This document shows, piece after piece, positions 48,108-57,611 of a DNA stretch of 64,000 bases. Numbering within the stretch: the first letter of the stretch is position 1; the number at the start of each line of letters is the position of its first letter. This stretch comes from Alphaproteobacteria bacterium (GTDB lineage Bacteria; Pseudomonadota; Alphaproteobacteria; CAAHEQ01; UBA3637): the NCBI GenBank assembly GCA_045631185.1, contig JAZQUH010000039.1:75740-139739 (forward strand), read 5' to 3'. The position numbers and the translations under genes were made by a program. The notes beneath the pieces are model-generated. The model saw nothing but the letters and a program-made list of their open reading frames with translations, had not been told where the DNA came from and ran no database searches.

Positions 48108-48987
48108 AACTTTTTTAAAAACCTTTTTTGTCTTTTCTTTTTTGGCCTTACCTGCGTTTGCTCAAGTGGATGAGTTGCCTGAAGAATATAAAACGCCAAC
48201 AATAGATTTGTCGGACAAGAAAACATTGGATTTTTCTGACCGTACTTCTATGGATACCTTGGAGTTAACGCCGTTGCCGGGGAATAATGAAACTGATATT
48301 ACAGGACCTCAAGAATATACGGAATCTGTTTCTTCTAATGATTATCCAAGTGAACAGTTGCGAGGTCGTTTAAATTTGGATGTTTTTGAAGAAATGGCTC
48401 AAATAGAAAGGGATACAGCCTTTTTAAAATTACATATTGAAAAAGCGAAAGTAAAAAATGAATTAGAAAATTTGCGTGCAACATACCGTCAAAATCGATT
48501 GGATGAAATTGCCAAAAGAGAGGATGTTGTTCGTACGCGTATTCAATGGTGGCAAGAACAGGAAAAATTGCGTTTAGAGGCTGAAAAACAACGGCAAGAA
48601 GCTGAGGAGTTGAAAACTCAAAGAGCTGAAGCAGAGGCTTTGAAGCAGCAGTTGGCTGAAGCGCAAAAAGCTGTAGAGGAAGCTCAAGCTCAGGCTCAGG
48701 CGGAAGCTTTGAAGGTGCAAGAACAACTTCAAAATCAGAAACAAGAACCTGTATTTGAACAGGGAAATGATGCTGAATTAGAACCTGTAATTTCTCATCC
48801 GACATATGTTTTGGTTGGTGTAAAGGGGACACGAGGAAATTTAGAAGCAAAAGTGAAAAATATAACTTCTGAACAGATCACTACCGTTCGTTCTGGTGAT
48901 GATTTATTTGGTGAAACTGTTGTTTCTGTTACGCCGGATAGTGTTATTTTGCTTCGTGAAGGCAGCGAATATGAAATTAAATTTTAA
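48097..48987 (+). CDS. PilP-like pilot/periplasmic protein with long coiled coil
   Basis: Start MQNKTFLKTFFVFSFLALPAFA overlapping pilO stop; E/A/Q coiled coil; C-terminal beta domain YVLVGVKG..VILLREGSEYEIKF. Confidence 0.55.
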   Translation: MQNKTFLKTFFVFSFLALPAFAQVDELPEEYKTPTIDLSDKKTLDFSDRTSMDTLELTPLPGNNETDITGPQEYTESVSSNDYPSEQLRGRLNLDVFEEMAQIERDTAFLKLHIEKAKVKNELENLRATYRQNRLDEIAKREDVVRTRIQWWQEQEKLRLEAEKQRQEAEELKTQRAEAEALKQQLAEAQKAVEEAQAQAQAEALKVQEQLQNQKQEPVFEQGNDAELEPVISHPTYVLVGVKGTRGNLEAKVKNITSEQITTVRSGDDLFGETVVSVTPDSVILLREGSEYEIKF

Positions 48988-49002
48988 AAATTTGGTGCTG
49001 AG

Positions 49003-50952
49003 ATGGACGAAAATAAATTAGCTGATTCGAATAATTTTCAAGCTCAACAGATTTCATCTGGTGATATTCTTTCACCACCAATAATTCCTGGGCAGATGTC
49101 ATCTGAATTGAATACTGATGAATCTCAGATAGAAGGATCTGTTGCTGGAACGGATTTTTCTGCAGCTGATATTTTGGCTCCTCGTCAGAATTTATCAGAG
49201 TCTTTAAATACATTGAAAGAATTTTCACAAACGGACCAAACTCAACCAGTTCAAGAAGTTAAGCCAGAAGAAGTTACCGCTCAAACAAAATTGACTGTAG
49301 AGGAAAATCCACAAGCAGAACAACAATCTGCCCCATCAGAATTGTATTCTTATGAAGATCCAAATGATCATAGTTCTGTTAGATTTTTAAAAGATTTGTA
49401 TGATAATTCAAATGAATGTATGACTTCAGCAGCTGGTTCTTTTCCTGTCAATGAAGAAACTCGTAAATTATTGGCTTTATTCTCCAATGGTCGTTTTTTT
49501 GTGGTGGAGGATAAAAAGTATGATGGTCGAGTTTTGGGTTTTGAATACTTGGCCAAAAAAAGGCGTTTGCAGATTTCTGATCCAGAGTATGTAACAGCTG
49601 CCGAACTGTTGGCTATTTATGGTTATGCAGATCAAATTCATACGGCGACAGATTCAATCAGTACGGAAGAGGCTCAACGTCAAACTCGTATGCAACGAGA
49701 TTTTGTGACGGTTATTTCGCGTGCGGCTATTAACCATGTTTCTGATATTCATATTGTTGTGGCAGATCATACAACAGTTATGTTCCGTGTGAATGGTTTG
49801 ATGCAGACGGAAATGGAATATAATAAAGAATGGGGTGAAAGTTTTGTGCGTGCAGCCTTTGCATCAGCAGACGTTTCGGATTCCAACTATGCTCAAAATG
49901 AATATCAGGCGGCCCAAAAATTGGGACGTACGCCATTGCGTGGTTCGGGTGGGCGCTTGGTATTGCCCAAATCCGTTTTGGGTTTGCGTTTACAATTTAA
50001 CCCGATTGCTTTTGGTACGCGTTATGTGATTATCCGTTTGTTATATGCAGATGAAAATGCATCTACGGGCGATCAGGCGCTTGAAAGTTTGGGTTTTTCT
50101 GATTACGATATTGAAAAATTCAGATATTTGCGCTCATTACCAACGGGAATTGTGGTTGTCTCGGGTCCAACAGGTTCAGGAAAATCTACAACCTTACAGC
50201 GTAACATGATTTCCATGTTAAAGGAACGTAACTTTGAAACCAACCTGATTACCGTGGAAGATCCGCCTGAATATCCGATTCCTGGAGCTCGACAGATGCC
50301 GGTGACCAATGCGGGGGTTGAAGAAGCTAAAGATCGTGAATTCACCAAAGCATTATCGGCAGCATTGCGTTCTGACCCTGACTCTTTAATGATCGGTGAA
50401 ATTCGTACCTTATCAGCGGCTGATTTGGCTTTTCGTGGTGCTTTATCCGGTCATAATGTGTGGACCACCTTGCATGCCAATACGGCGTCGGCGGTATTAT
50501 TGCGTTTAAAGGATATAGGCGTAGAAGATTTTAAATTACAAGATCCTTCTATTATGCGTGGTATGTTAGCTCAGCGCCTATTCAGAAAAGTTTGTCCACA
50601 TTGTCGAGTTTCGACGAAAAACCAATTACAACATCCTGCGGTTCAAAGATTACGTGAAGCCTATGGGGATATAGGATTAGAAAATACTTATTTGCGTGGA
50701 GCAGGTTGTGAGGAATGTGATTTTCGTGGTGTCAGCGGTCGTTCGGCCGTTGCTGAATTTATTTTGCCAGATACAACCTTTTTGGATTTAATGCTAAAGG
50801 GTGAAACACAAAAAGCGATGAATTATTGGGTAACAGATTTACATGGTCGTACCTTGAAAGAGGGAGCTATGGAGCACATGTTTAAAGGTGAATTTGATAT
50901 TGAAGAAGTAGAGCGATGGTGTGGTCATCTTAATCAACCGAATTTGATTTAA
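49003..50952 (+). CDS. GspE/PilB-family assembly ATPase (R64 PilQ-like) with about 230-aa N-terminal extension
   Basis: SDIHIV, Walker A SGPTGSGKSTT, SDPDSLMIGEIR, GHNVWTTLHAN, CPHC...CEEC tetracysteine. Confidence 0.9.
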   Translation: MDENKLADSNNFQAQQISSGDILSPPIIPGQMSSELNTDESQIEGSVAGTDFSAADILAPRQNLSESLNTLKEFSQTDQTQPVQEVKPEEVTAQTKLTVEENPQAEQQSAPSELYSYEDPNDHSSVRFLKDLYDNSNECMTSAAGSFPVNEETRKLLALFSNGRFFVVEDKKYDGRVLGFEYLAKKRRLQISDPEYVTAAELLAIYGYADQIHTATDSISTEEAQRQTRMQRDFVTVISRAAINHVSDIHIVVADHTTVMFRVNGLMQTEMEYNKEWGESFVRAAFASADVSDSNYAQNEYQAAQKLGRTPLRGSGGRLVLPKSVLGLRLQFNPIAFGTRYVIIRLLYADENASTGDQALESLGFSDYDIEKFRYLRSLPTGIVVVSGPTGSGKSTTLQRNMISMLKERNFETNLITVEDPPEYPIPGARQMPVTNAGVEEAKDREFTKALSAALRSDPDSLMIGEIRTLSAADLAFRGALSGHNVWTTLHANTASAVLLRLKDIGVEDFKLQDPSIMRGMLAQRLFRKVCPHCRVSTKNQLQHPAVQRLREAYGDIGLENTYLRGAGCEECDFRGVSGRSAVAEFILPDTTFLDLMLKGETQKAMNYWVTDLHGRTLKEGAMEHMFKGEFDIEEVERWCGHLNQPNLI

Positions 50953-50964
50953 GGAAGGTGTAAT

Positions 50965-52086
50965 ATGGCACAAGGAAAAAATGAGGTAAAATTAAAAGGC
51001 GGTGCGTTGGAATCAATTAATATGGCTTATGCCCAATTAATGGTTCGTTTGCATGCAACAGATCGATTAGAGATGTATCGTAAATTGGCGGCCCTTTTGA
51101 AAAACAGATTTTCTTTGATGGATGCTTTGGAACGTTTATATCAAATTGCTTCAAAAGACGGAAAAAGTCCTTCAGATACGATGGCCATGGCAGTAGCCAA
51201 TTGGATGTTAAAAATTCGAAATGGTCAGACTTTTTCGGAAGCATTACATGGTTGGGCTCCTTCTACCGAATTGTTATTGTTATCAGTGGGTGATGTTGCT
51301 AATTTGGAATTAGCCTTGGAACATACTGTACGCGTCGTTGAAGGCATGAACAAAATGCGCTCTTTGGTTTGGGGTGCTGTGGCTTATCCTTTGTTTTTGT
51401 TGTGTATGGTGGCTTTATTGATTTGGGGTGTGGCCAAGTTCATGGTGCCACCGATGAAGGAAGCCGTGCCGAATTTGGAATGGCAAGGGGTTGCAGGCTC
51501 ATTAATTGATTTGTCTAATTTTGTTGACCAGCACCCGATATTATTATTTTCTATTGTACCTGTAATTACTATCTGTATAATGATTACATTTCCATATTGG
51601 AAGGGTGCTGGTCGGGCAGCATTTGATAAATTTCCGCCATGGTCCATTTATCGTGGTTTTGTGGGGGTCAGCTGGTTGTTGGCTTTATCGGCTTTGGTGC
51701 GTGCTGGTATGCCTGTTTCCAAGGCTGTTCGTTCGCTACTGGGTGATGATTCAACTCCTTATTTAAAGTTTCGTTTAAATCGCACATTATTATTTATTAG
51801 TAATGGTGATAACTTAGGCGAAGCCTTATATCATACCCGCTTGGGATTTCCAGATGAAGAAGTAATAGGCGATTTACGGATTTATTCTGAGTTGGATACA
51901 TTTCCTGAAGCTTTGGAAAACTTGGCAACAGGTTGGTTGGAATCATCGGTTCGCACTATCGGGAAACAGGCGGAAATTTTAAACTCGATTGCCATTTTGG
52001 CCATTGCCGCTGTCATCGGTTGGGTGGTTTGGGGAACCTTTGCCATGCAGGATCAAATGGTCAGCGGTATGGGCTTGGGCGGTTAG
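50965..52086 (+). CDS. GspF/PilC-family inner-membrane platform protein (R64 PilR-like)
   Basis: 373 aa, duplicated cytoplasmic domain + 3 TM layout; AAGGAAGG RBS. Confidence 0.8.
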   Translation: MAQGKNEVKLKGGALESINMAYAQLMVRLHATDRLEMYRKLAALLKNRFSLMDALERLYQIASKDGKSPSDTMAMAVANWMLKIRNGQTFSEALHGWAPSTELLLLSVGDVANLELALEHTVRVVEGMNKMRSLVWGAVAYPLFLLCMVALLIWGVAKFMVPPMKEAVPNLEWQGVAGSLIDLSNFVDQHPILLFSIVPVITICIMITFPYWKGAGRAAFDKFPPWSIYRGFVGVSWLLALSALVRAGMPVSKAVRSLLGDDSTPYLKFRLNRTLLFISNGDNLGEALYHTRLGFPDEEVIGDLRIYSELDTFPEALENLATGWLESSVRTIGKQAEILNSIAILAIAAVIGWVVWGTFAMQDQMVSGMGLGG

Positions 52087-52262
52087 ACCGGTTTGGCGTT
52101 GCCGATATTTAAGGCACAAACATCCAAAACGTTTTTGATTTTTGAAACAACTTTATCGTCTTTGACATTGGGGGTAATGGCGGTTAAAACGCTGGCCCCC
52201 GTCACAATAGATGTTAAAGCGGTGATAAAGTCATAAAAATGATTGATGATAAAGTTTAACAT
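52083..52262 (-). CDS. Small membrane protein (holin-like), 59 aa
   Basis: Hand translation MLNFIINHFYDFITALTSIVTGASVLTAITPNVKDDKVVSKIKNVLDVCALNIGNAKPV; below ORF-track cutoff; last gene of lysis cassette. Confidence 0.4.
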   Translation of the reverse strand: MLNFIINHFYDFITALTSIVTGASVLTAITPNVKDDKVVSKIKNVLDVCALNIGNAKPV

Positions 52263-52271
52263 TTTATTCTC

Positions 52272-52520
52272 CTATTTTAAAATAAGGTTTAACAAAGCCA
52301 TAATCAGGGCAGTGCCTGTTGTGGCCACGATAATGGTAATTAAATTTTTAATCGGTGTAATTTCATTTTTTAAAACAAACTCTTGTTTTAAATTGGCATA
52401 TAGTGTGTCAACCTGTTGTTTGATTTCACCAAGTTGTTGTTGCAATAATGAAACGGACGCCATCAATTTGCCGATTTCTATGGATAGACTGGGGGCAGGC
52501 ATATCAGACTCCTTAAACAT
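52272..52520 (-). CDS. Tail-anchored coiled-coil protein (holin/spanin-like)
   Basis: 82 aa; coiled coil then C-terminal TM ITIIVATTGTALIMALLNLIL; 8-nt overlap with hydrolase gene. Confidence 0.45.
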   Translation of the reverse strand: MFKESDMPAPSLSIEIGKLMASVSLLQQQLGEIKQQVDTLYANLKQEFVLKNEITPIKNLITIIVATTGTALIMALLNLILK

Positions 52521-52917
52521 TTTTATAAAATAAATGATTGCCGATTTGGGCGCATGGGATTAAATGTCTGGCCCACAGGGGATGACATTCAAAGGTGTGA
52601 TAGTGCGTGGCCCCGTTTGTGTTATCCTTTAATACACCGGCTAAAGCTCTTTTAACGATTCTTTGGCAAATTTGATAAACGGGATTTTCGGATAAATCGC
52701 CTGTTAAAATTTTGTAATTGACATCATTGTGATTCCAACATGAAAATTGTTTGGGCTTTAAACATACTTCACGGATATTTTTGCCCCACCACATCGGTTG
52801 GATCAGATTCATTTTGACACGATTTAAAATAACATTGGCAACGGCTTCTTGACCGGCCAAAGATTCGCCACGGGCTTCACCGTAAATTGTTTTTGAAAAG
52901 ATTTCTTCTTCTGTCAT
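52513..52917 (-). CDS. SleB-type cell wall hydrolase (endolysin)
   Basis: TIYGEARGE..AVANVILNRV, QFSCWN, THYH..IGNHLFY (Hydrolase_2 pattern). Confidence 0.8.
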   Translation of the reverse strand: MTEEEIFSKTIYGEARGESLAGQEAVANVILNRVKMNLIQPMWWGKNIREVCLKPKQFSCWNHNDVNYKILTGDLSENPVYQICQRIVKRALAGVLKDNTNGATHYHTFECHPLWARHLIPCAQIGNHLFYKNV

Positions 52918-52929
52918 TTATTATTCTCC

Positions 52930-54321
52930 TTATCGCCACAGGGGGCGTTGTTTATAAAAAAGCGGTAAAGTTTTCAATCGAACGGGTTCGCTTAACAAAC
53001 ATCCCGCCACGGCATCCAAACCATCATCATGGGTATTTCCGGTTGAATTAAAATCTTGCATTTCCCGAATAAAAGGTGTTTTTAAAACACTTTCATGGGC
53101 ATATAGGTTGCCGTTTAACAAAGGTGGCTCTATGGCCCCTAAAATGCGTTCGGTTTTATTTTGTCGGGCTGTTTCTTCCAATACGGCAATGGCCAAGCGT
53201 TGGCGGGATAATTCCTGACGCAACAGGGCCGGTAAGAATCGCCCGATACCGTTTGTTTCCAAATGAATGGCCGGCAACATCAATTCTTTTAAAAACTGAA
53301 CAACTTTTTGGCATTGATAAGAGGTTGCTTCTTCATTTTCGGGAACGGTTAAATATAATAATTGATGAATGTAATGAAAACCAGTTGCATCCGAAAAAAC
53401 GCCCGCTACGACACTTTTATCGCCACCGACTTTACCAAAGGCCGGATCCCACCAGGCACATCCCGAAACCAATCGCCGAGAATTTAATTTTAAGACGGCC
53501 TGACCATTGGCTTCGGTATAATCCAGATTATCCGAATAAATTTTTAATTTTCTTTCATCCAAGCGTTGTTTATCAAAGGCCACCGCCTCTAACATCATTT
53601 GGCTTAAAAATTTAAAACGTGGGGTTGTTTGTTTTATTTGATTTATTTTATCCACAGAAAATCTTTCGGGCCAAGTGGCCAAGCCTGATGCATCCATAAT
53701 CGGTAATTTTAAAAGTTTCCAATTTGGTTGATTGTAAATACTTTGGCGTGTATGGGGTGTGCCGATATACAAAATCAATCCGTCGGGTGACAGGATATAA
53801 TCCAATTCGGCCAGTTTTTGTTTTAAATCTTCACGTTTGCCGGCTGTATCACATGTTTTGGGTACTTCCACATCATCACATAAAATGATATCAGCCCGAC
53901 ATCCTGTGATATTGGCACTTAAACCACGGGCCAAAACGGACGGATCACGACCACCGGCGGGACGTTGAACGGTCAATTTATCACCGGCCCATTCTTCGGC
54001 TTTTTCGGGCTTTAATCCATGACACAGAGGATGGCGTTCCAAAATATGTTTGATATGACGCACCATTTTTTGCGCCAAAGCGTGATCGGCCGATAAAACC
54101 AATAATCTTAAATTGGGATTTTGCGTTAAAACCCACGCACAAAACAAACCGACGATGGTTGATTTTCCTGAATTGCGAAAGGCCATTAAAACGGCCTGTC
54201 TGCGTCCTTGTGAAAAATAAAGTTCAGACAAAAAACGGCCCATTATTTTGTGGTGATTTGGAATGGATAAATTTTGGATTTTATCCCAAATCCATACGAA
54301 TTCCAGAAATGTCGTTTTCAT
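52930..54321 (-). CDS. Phage terminase large subunit
   Basis: Walker A RNSGKST, Walker B IILCDDVE, C-terminal nuclease HDDGLDA. Confidence 0.85.
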   Translation of the reverse strand: MKTTFLEFVWIWDKIQNLSIPNHHKIMGRFLSELYFSQGRRQAVLMAFRNSGKSTIVGLFCAWVLTQNPNLRLLVLSADHALAQKMVRHIKHILERHPLCHGLKPEKAEEWAGDKLTVQRPAGGRDPSVLARGLSANITGCRADIILCDDVEVPKTCDTAGKREDLKQKLAELDYILSPDGLILYIGTPHTRQSIYNQPNWKLLKLPIMDASGLATWPERFSVDKINQIKQTTPRFKFLSQMMLEAVAFDKQRLDERKLKIYSDNLDYTEANGQAVLKLNSRRLVSGCAWWDPAFGKVGGDKSVVAGVFSDATGFHYIHQLLYLTVPENEEATSYQCQKVVQFLKELMLPAIHLETNGIGRFLPALLRQELSRQRLAIAVLEETARQNKTERILGAIEPPLLNGNLYAHESVLKTPFIREMQDFNSTGNTHDDGLDAVAGCLLSEPVRLKTLPLFYKQRPLWR

Positions 54322-54571
54322 CTTTTAAATCCTCTTTGGCCTGATGAATCAAATCCAATAAATCGGTTTGATTGGTGGGTTGTTTTTTGGGTGCTATATC
54401 CAAAATTTTAATCAATAAAGCAATATGCAACAGTGCCGATTTACATGCACTGTGATAGGCGTTAAAATCTTTGGCATTCATGGGGCAATCGGCATTGGCA
54501 AAGGATTGATATGTTTGAACGGCTTTTTCCAAAAAAGGTTTCATTTTTTTCAGATAGGCCTTCATACGCAC
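54281..54571 (-). CDS. Phage hypothetical protein (possible small terminase, unproven)
   Basis: ORF-track start is GTG; first ATG at 54565; helical 94-96 aa; overlaps TerL start. Confidence 0.35.
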   Translation of the reverse strand: MRMKAYLKKMKPFLEKAVQTYQSFANADCPMNAKDFNAYHSACKSALLHIALLIKILDIAPKKQPTNQTDLLDLIHQAKEDLKDENDISGIRMDLG

Positions 54572-55048
54572 CTACTTAATCATTGTACGGCTGATACCGC
54601 CGGCCAAATTACCCAAAGTGCCATACATATTATTTTGGCTGGCCTGATTGATGCTGTTTAATTTTAACAGGTTTGTACCGGTGGAATGATTCAAGCTGTT
54701 TAACAGGGCATCCGATGATATTTTGGCCTGATTGACCAAGTATTTATCCTCCATATCATATTCCCTTTGCATGGCGTTTAAATAAGTTTGCCCCGTTCCC
54801 GATTGACCGGATAATCCCGACGCCCCCAGTTTGGCTTTATAACTGGCCTGTTGTTGAGCCAACAAATTTTTGTTTCTTCGTTGTCTTTCATTTAACGCCA
54901 ATTGTGCTTGTTTATCCTGTAAAGCGGCCTGTTCGGCGGCATAGGCATTGGAACGTTTGATGGCTTTTTTTTGACGATCGGCATTGGCTTTTGTATAATA
55001 AGCCGAACCCAAGATTGAGACGGCTGTGGCAATAACTGCTGCTTCCAT
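54572..55048 (-). CDS. Phage internal-virion-like protein, Q/N-rich with N-terminal anchor
   Basis: 158 aa; MEAAVIATAVSILGSAYY hydrophobic N-terminus; AGGAGG RBS. Confidence 0.4.
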   Translation of the reverse strand: MEAAVIATAVSILGSAYYTKANADRQKKAIKRSNAYAAEQAALQDKQAQLALNERQRRNKNLLAQQQASYKAKLGASGLSGQSGTGQTYLNAMQREYDMEDKYLVNQAKISSDALLNSLNHSTGTNLLKLNSINQASQNNMYGTLGNLAGGISRTMIK

Positions 55049-55049
55049 A

Positions 55050-56975
55050 TTATCCTCCTATTTTAATATCACTGATAACCGAAACCAATTGAAAAGGCAG
55101 AGGTTGCTTGCCTTGAATAATCCATAAAGGTTCGGTCGGATTTCTTTTCCATCCCAATCCCCGTACAACAATATCTGTTGTTTTGGTGCTGGGGGCACTG
55201 TCCAAAATATAATTATTCAGACTTTCGTTCATTTCCTGATGTAATCCGCAACCGGTGTCTATTTCAAAACTTTTGGTATTGATTAAACGAAATACGCCCC
55301 TGACAAAGCGACATGATGCCACCGGTGCAGAACCGTTGCTGGCACCGGCTGAGGCGGGCAAGGGAACAATTTTATGCGAAAAGCCTAAACCGTATTGTAG
55401 TTTTTGGGCATTGATATTTAACCGAACCGTTCCGGTTGAAATATCCTGATTTTCCTGAACACGTCCATCGGCCAATAATTGCACATTCCATCCGTTTAAA
55501 TAATCCAAACCGTCCCAATCCATTTGTGGCGTTTGGCTTGTTTGATTTTGGGCCAAATCCATATACATTTCATCATCCATTTTTTCCAAATAAAATTTAT
55601 CTTTTCTTTGTGTAATGAAATAGGTGGATTTCCCTGAAACGGCAACATTTAAAAATTTGCCTTGCGTTTTATGACGTGTCCAACTTTGGATATCTTCACC
55701 CCTAAAACTGGTCAAAGCACTTAATGAACCGTCCTGCATGATGATATAGGCCTGACGTTGATATTTATCATAGGCCATATCCACCGGATGATTGATGACA
55801 TGGTGGGCCAGCAAAGATAAATCGGTAGCCTGATAGATGCCTTCCAAATCCGAAAACAAAAATTCACGGATTTCTTTGCCATTGGCACTGGCAAAAATGG
55901 TGGCACCGTCAATGCCCACCGGCGGGATATAATTTTCATCAGGTGAGCCCACCTGAGTTTGGCGGTGTAATTGAATGGATTCGGGGGTTAAAGGATTACC
56001 CGATACCATCCATTCGGCACCGGTTGTAAAAACCTGTAAATGCCGACCGGAAAACAAGGCGGTGATTTTATTACCCTGATTGGACATCAACGAAAAACAG
56101 ATGGCTTCGTTATCCAGTGCTGTTCCTTCTTCAAAGTTACCCAAGTCATTACTTTGGCTGAACCATAATGTATTGGGTAAACTTTTGGATCCGCCAAAAA
56201 CCAATCGGGATTGATAAGTGGCAACCGTTGCCGGCCATCCGCGTTCATCGCTCCATGCAACTTCACCCCAATATCTTGTGGCTTCTAATTTTGTTTCTTT
56301 TGTGGCATCTTCATCATCCAACAATTTTTTTAAAACGGTTGCATTGGCATGTTGATTATCACTGACGGCTGTGATTTTGACATAACCGGCGCCTAATTTG
56401 AAAACCTGATTCAAATGTTTGCTTTCAAATAAAGGTGCATTGGCTGTTAAAGTAACCGAATCCAAACATCCGCTGGATGAAATGGATATGTTTTTATCAT
56501 TAAAACGGTGATAGGGGATATGCATATATCCGTTTTGGTTTAAAAATTCAAAGCTTTTTATTTGCCATTGACCGTTATCCAATTTGATATGTTGTGGGGC
56601 AAAATCGGGATGCACGATAATCACGCCATCCGATAGGCAAGCCCAACGAATTTGGCGAATATCTTCATCATCCCAGGGGGTTGTGAGAGTGCTAATCAAA
56701 ATATCGTTTTGAAAAATCTTCGTTTGATTATTTTGTATAACCAATAAATAAGTATGTGAACTATCTTGCTCATAACCGATTAAACGTCCTTTTGTTTGTA
56801 ATTCAAAAATGTATTTTAATCCGGGTCGGCGATGAACACCGCCGGTGGGTTCAATAAAAACATTTTCCAAAATTTGTGCACCGTTATGATAGCTGGTTAA
56901 ATCCACCCGTCCCAATAAATCGGGAGATAATTCACCGGCCGTGAAATTTGTTTTGGCGGTAAACATATTTGTCAT
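55050..56975 (-). CDS. Podovirus tail tubular protein B / nozzle-like
   Basis: 641 aa following a 189-aa protein after capsid (T7 gp11/gp12 order); N-terminus FTAGELSPDLLGRVDLTSYHNGAQ; ATGA overlap upstream. Confidence 0.5.
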   Translation of the reverse strand: MTNMFTAKTNFTAGELSPDLLGRVDLTSYHNGAQILENVFIEPTGGVHRRPGLKYIFELQTKGRLIGYEQDSSHTYLLVIQNNQTKIFQNDILISTLTTPWDDEDIRQIRWACLSDGVIIVHPDFAPQHIKLDNGQWQIKSFEFLNQNGYMHIPYHRFNDKNISISSSGCLDSVTLTANAPLFESKHLNQVFKLGAGYVKITAVSDNQHANATVLKKLLDDEDATKETKLEATRYWGEVAWSDERGWPATVATYQSRLVFGGSKSLPNTLWFSQSNDLGNFEEGTALDNEAICFSLMSNQGNKITALFSGRHLQVFTTGAEWMVSGNPLTPESIQLHRQTQVGSPDENYIPPVGIDGATIFASANGKEIREFLFSDLEGIYQATDLSLLAHHVINHPVDMAYDKYQRQAYIIMQDGSLSALTSFRGEDIQSWTRHKTQGKFLNVAVSGKSTYFITQRKDKFYLEKMDDEMYMDLAQNQTSQTPQMDWDGLDYLNGWNVQLLADGRVQENQDISTGTVRLNINAQKLQYGLGFSHKIVPLPASAGASNGSAPVASCRFVRGVFRLINTKSFEIDTGCGLHQEMNESLNNYILDSAPSTKTTDIVVRGLGWKRNPTEPLWIIQGKQPLPFQLVSVISDIKIGG

Positions 56976-57541
56976 GCGCGTACCTCAATCAAAGAAAAAT
57001 CCTGAAAGCAGGGGTTTATGGATTGTTGTGAATCCACTAATCTGGCCTGTTTTAATTCTTCGGCGGCAATTTTACGCATATAATCCGTGCGCGTTGTGCT
57101 TTCGGTTAAAGGCAGACAAAATTCGCTGGCCAACTGGGTGATAAAGGCCTTTACAAAAAAAGGCGGAAAAGTGCTTTCATCGGGTTTTTCAATATAATTT
57201 AAAATAACTTTTGGTGTATTGGCGTACAGGCATTTACCCACAATTTTATATTGTAATCCCGAACTTTTGATATTTTGTCCGGCCGATAAAATCCGCAAAC
57301 AATTATTGGGTAATTGAAAGGCGTATTGGTAATCCGAAACGGGTTTGTTTTCCAATCGGGCCAAATTTTTTTGTTTTAATGCAAAACGCCACGGATAGGA
57401 TGCCAATAAGTTTTCCAAGGTTGGTTGATACAATTGGGATGCCACGGTGGATTCACAGGACGTTTCATCAAAAGAAGAAATACTGTTGGCCCCCAATTCC
57501 ACCAAAGCACGAGAGCATAAATCAATGTTTGTGTATGACAT
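56972..57541 (-). CDS. Podovirus tail tubular protein A / adaptor-like
   Basis: Start moved to MSYTNIDL (AAAGGAAC RBS); 189 aa; position after the capsid terminator. Confidence 0.45.
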   Translation of the reverse strand: MSYTNIDLCSRALVELGANSISSFDETSCESTVASQLYQPTLENLLASYPWRFALKQKNLARLENKPVSDYQYAFQLPNNCLRILSAGQNIKSSGLQYKIVGKCLYANTPKVILNYIEKPDESTFPPFFVKAFITQLASEFCLPLTESTTRTDYMRKIAAEELKQARLVDSQQSINPCFQDFSLIEVRA

Positions 57542-57558
57542 ATTGTTCCTTTTGTATG

Positions 57559-57592
57559 AAAAAATCCCCCTTGGGATAAAACCAAAGGGGGA
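57559..57592 (-). terminator. Intrinsic terminator immediately after capsid gene
   Basis: Minus strand UCCCCCUU(U)GG-loop-CCAAGGGGGA + U6. Confidence 0.75.
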
Positions 57593-57611
57593 CAAATGGT
57601 AAAGATTTTTT

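Larger units (their letters stand above)
43609..52086 (+). other. Type IVb (R64 PilL-R / TCP-like) pilus assembly operon, 7 genes
   Basis: Co-directional, translationally coupled genes listed individually below. Confidence 0.75.

Noticed and set aside
54281-54571. Calling the 96-aa ORF upstream of TerL the small terminase subunit
   Set aside because: Only its position supports this. I see no recognisable DNA-binding or oligomerisation motif, so I kept it as hypothetical.
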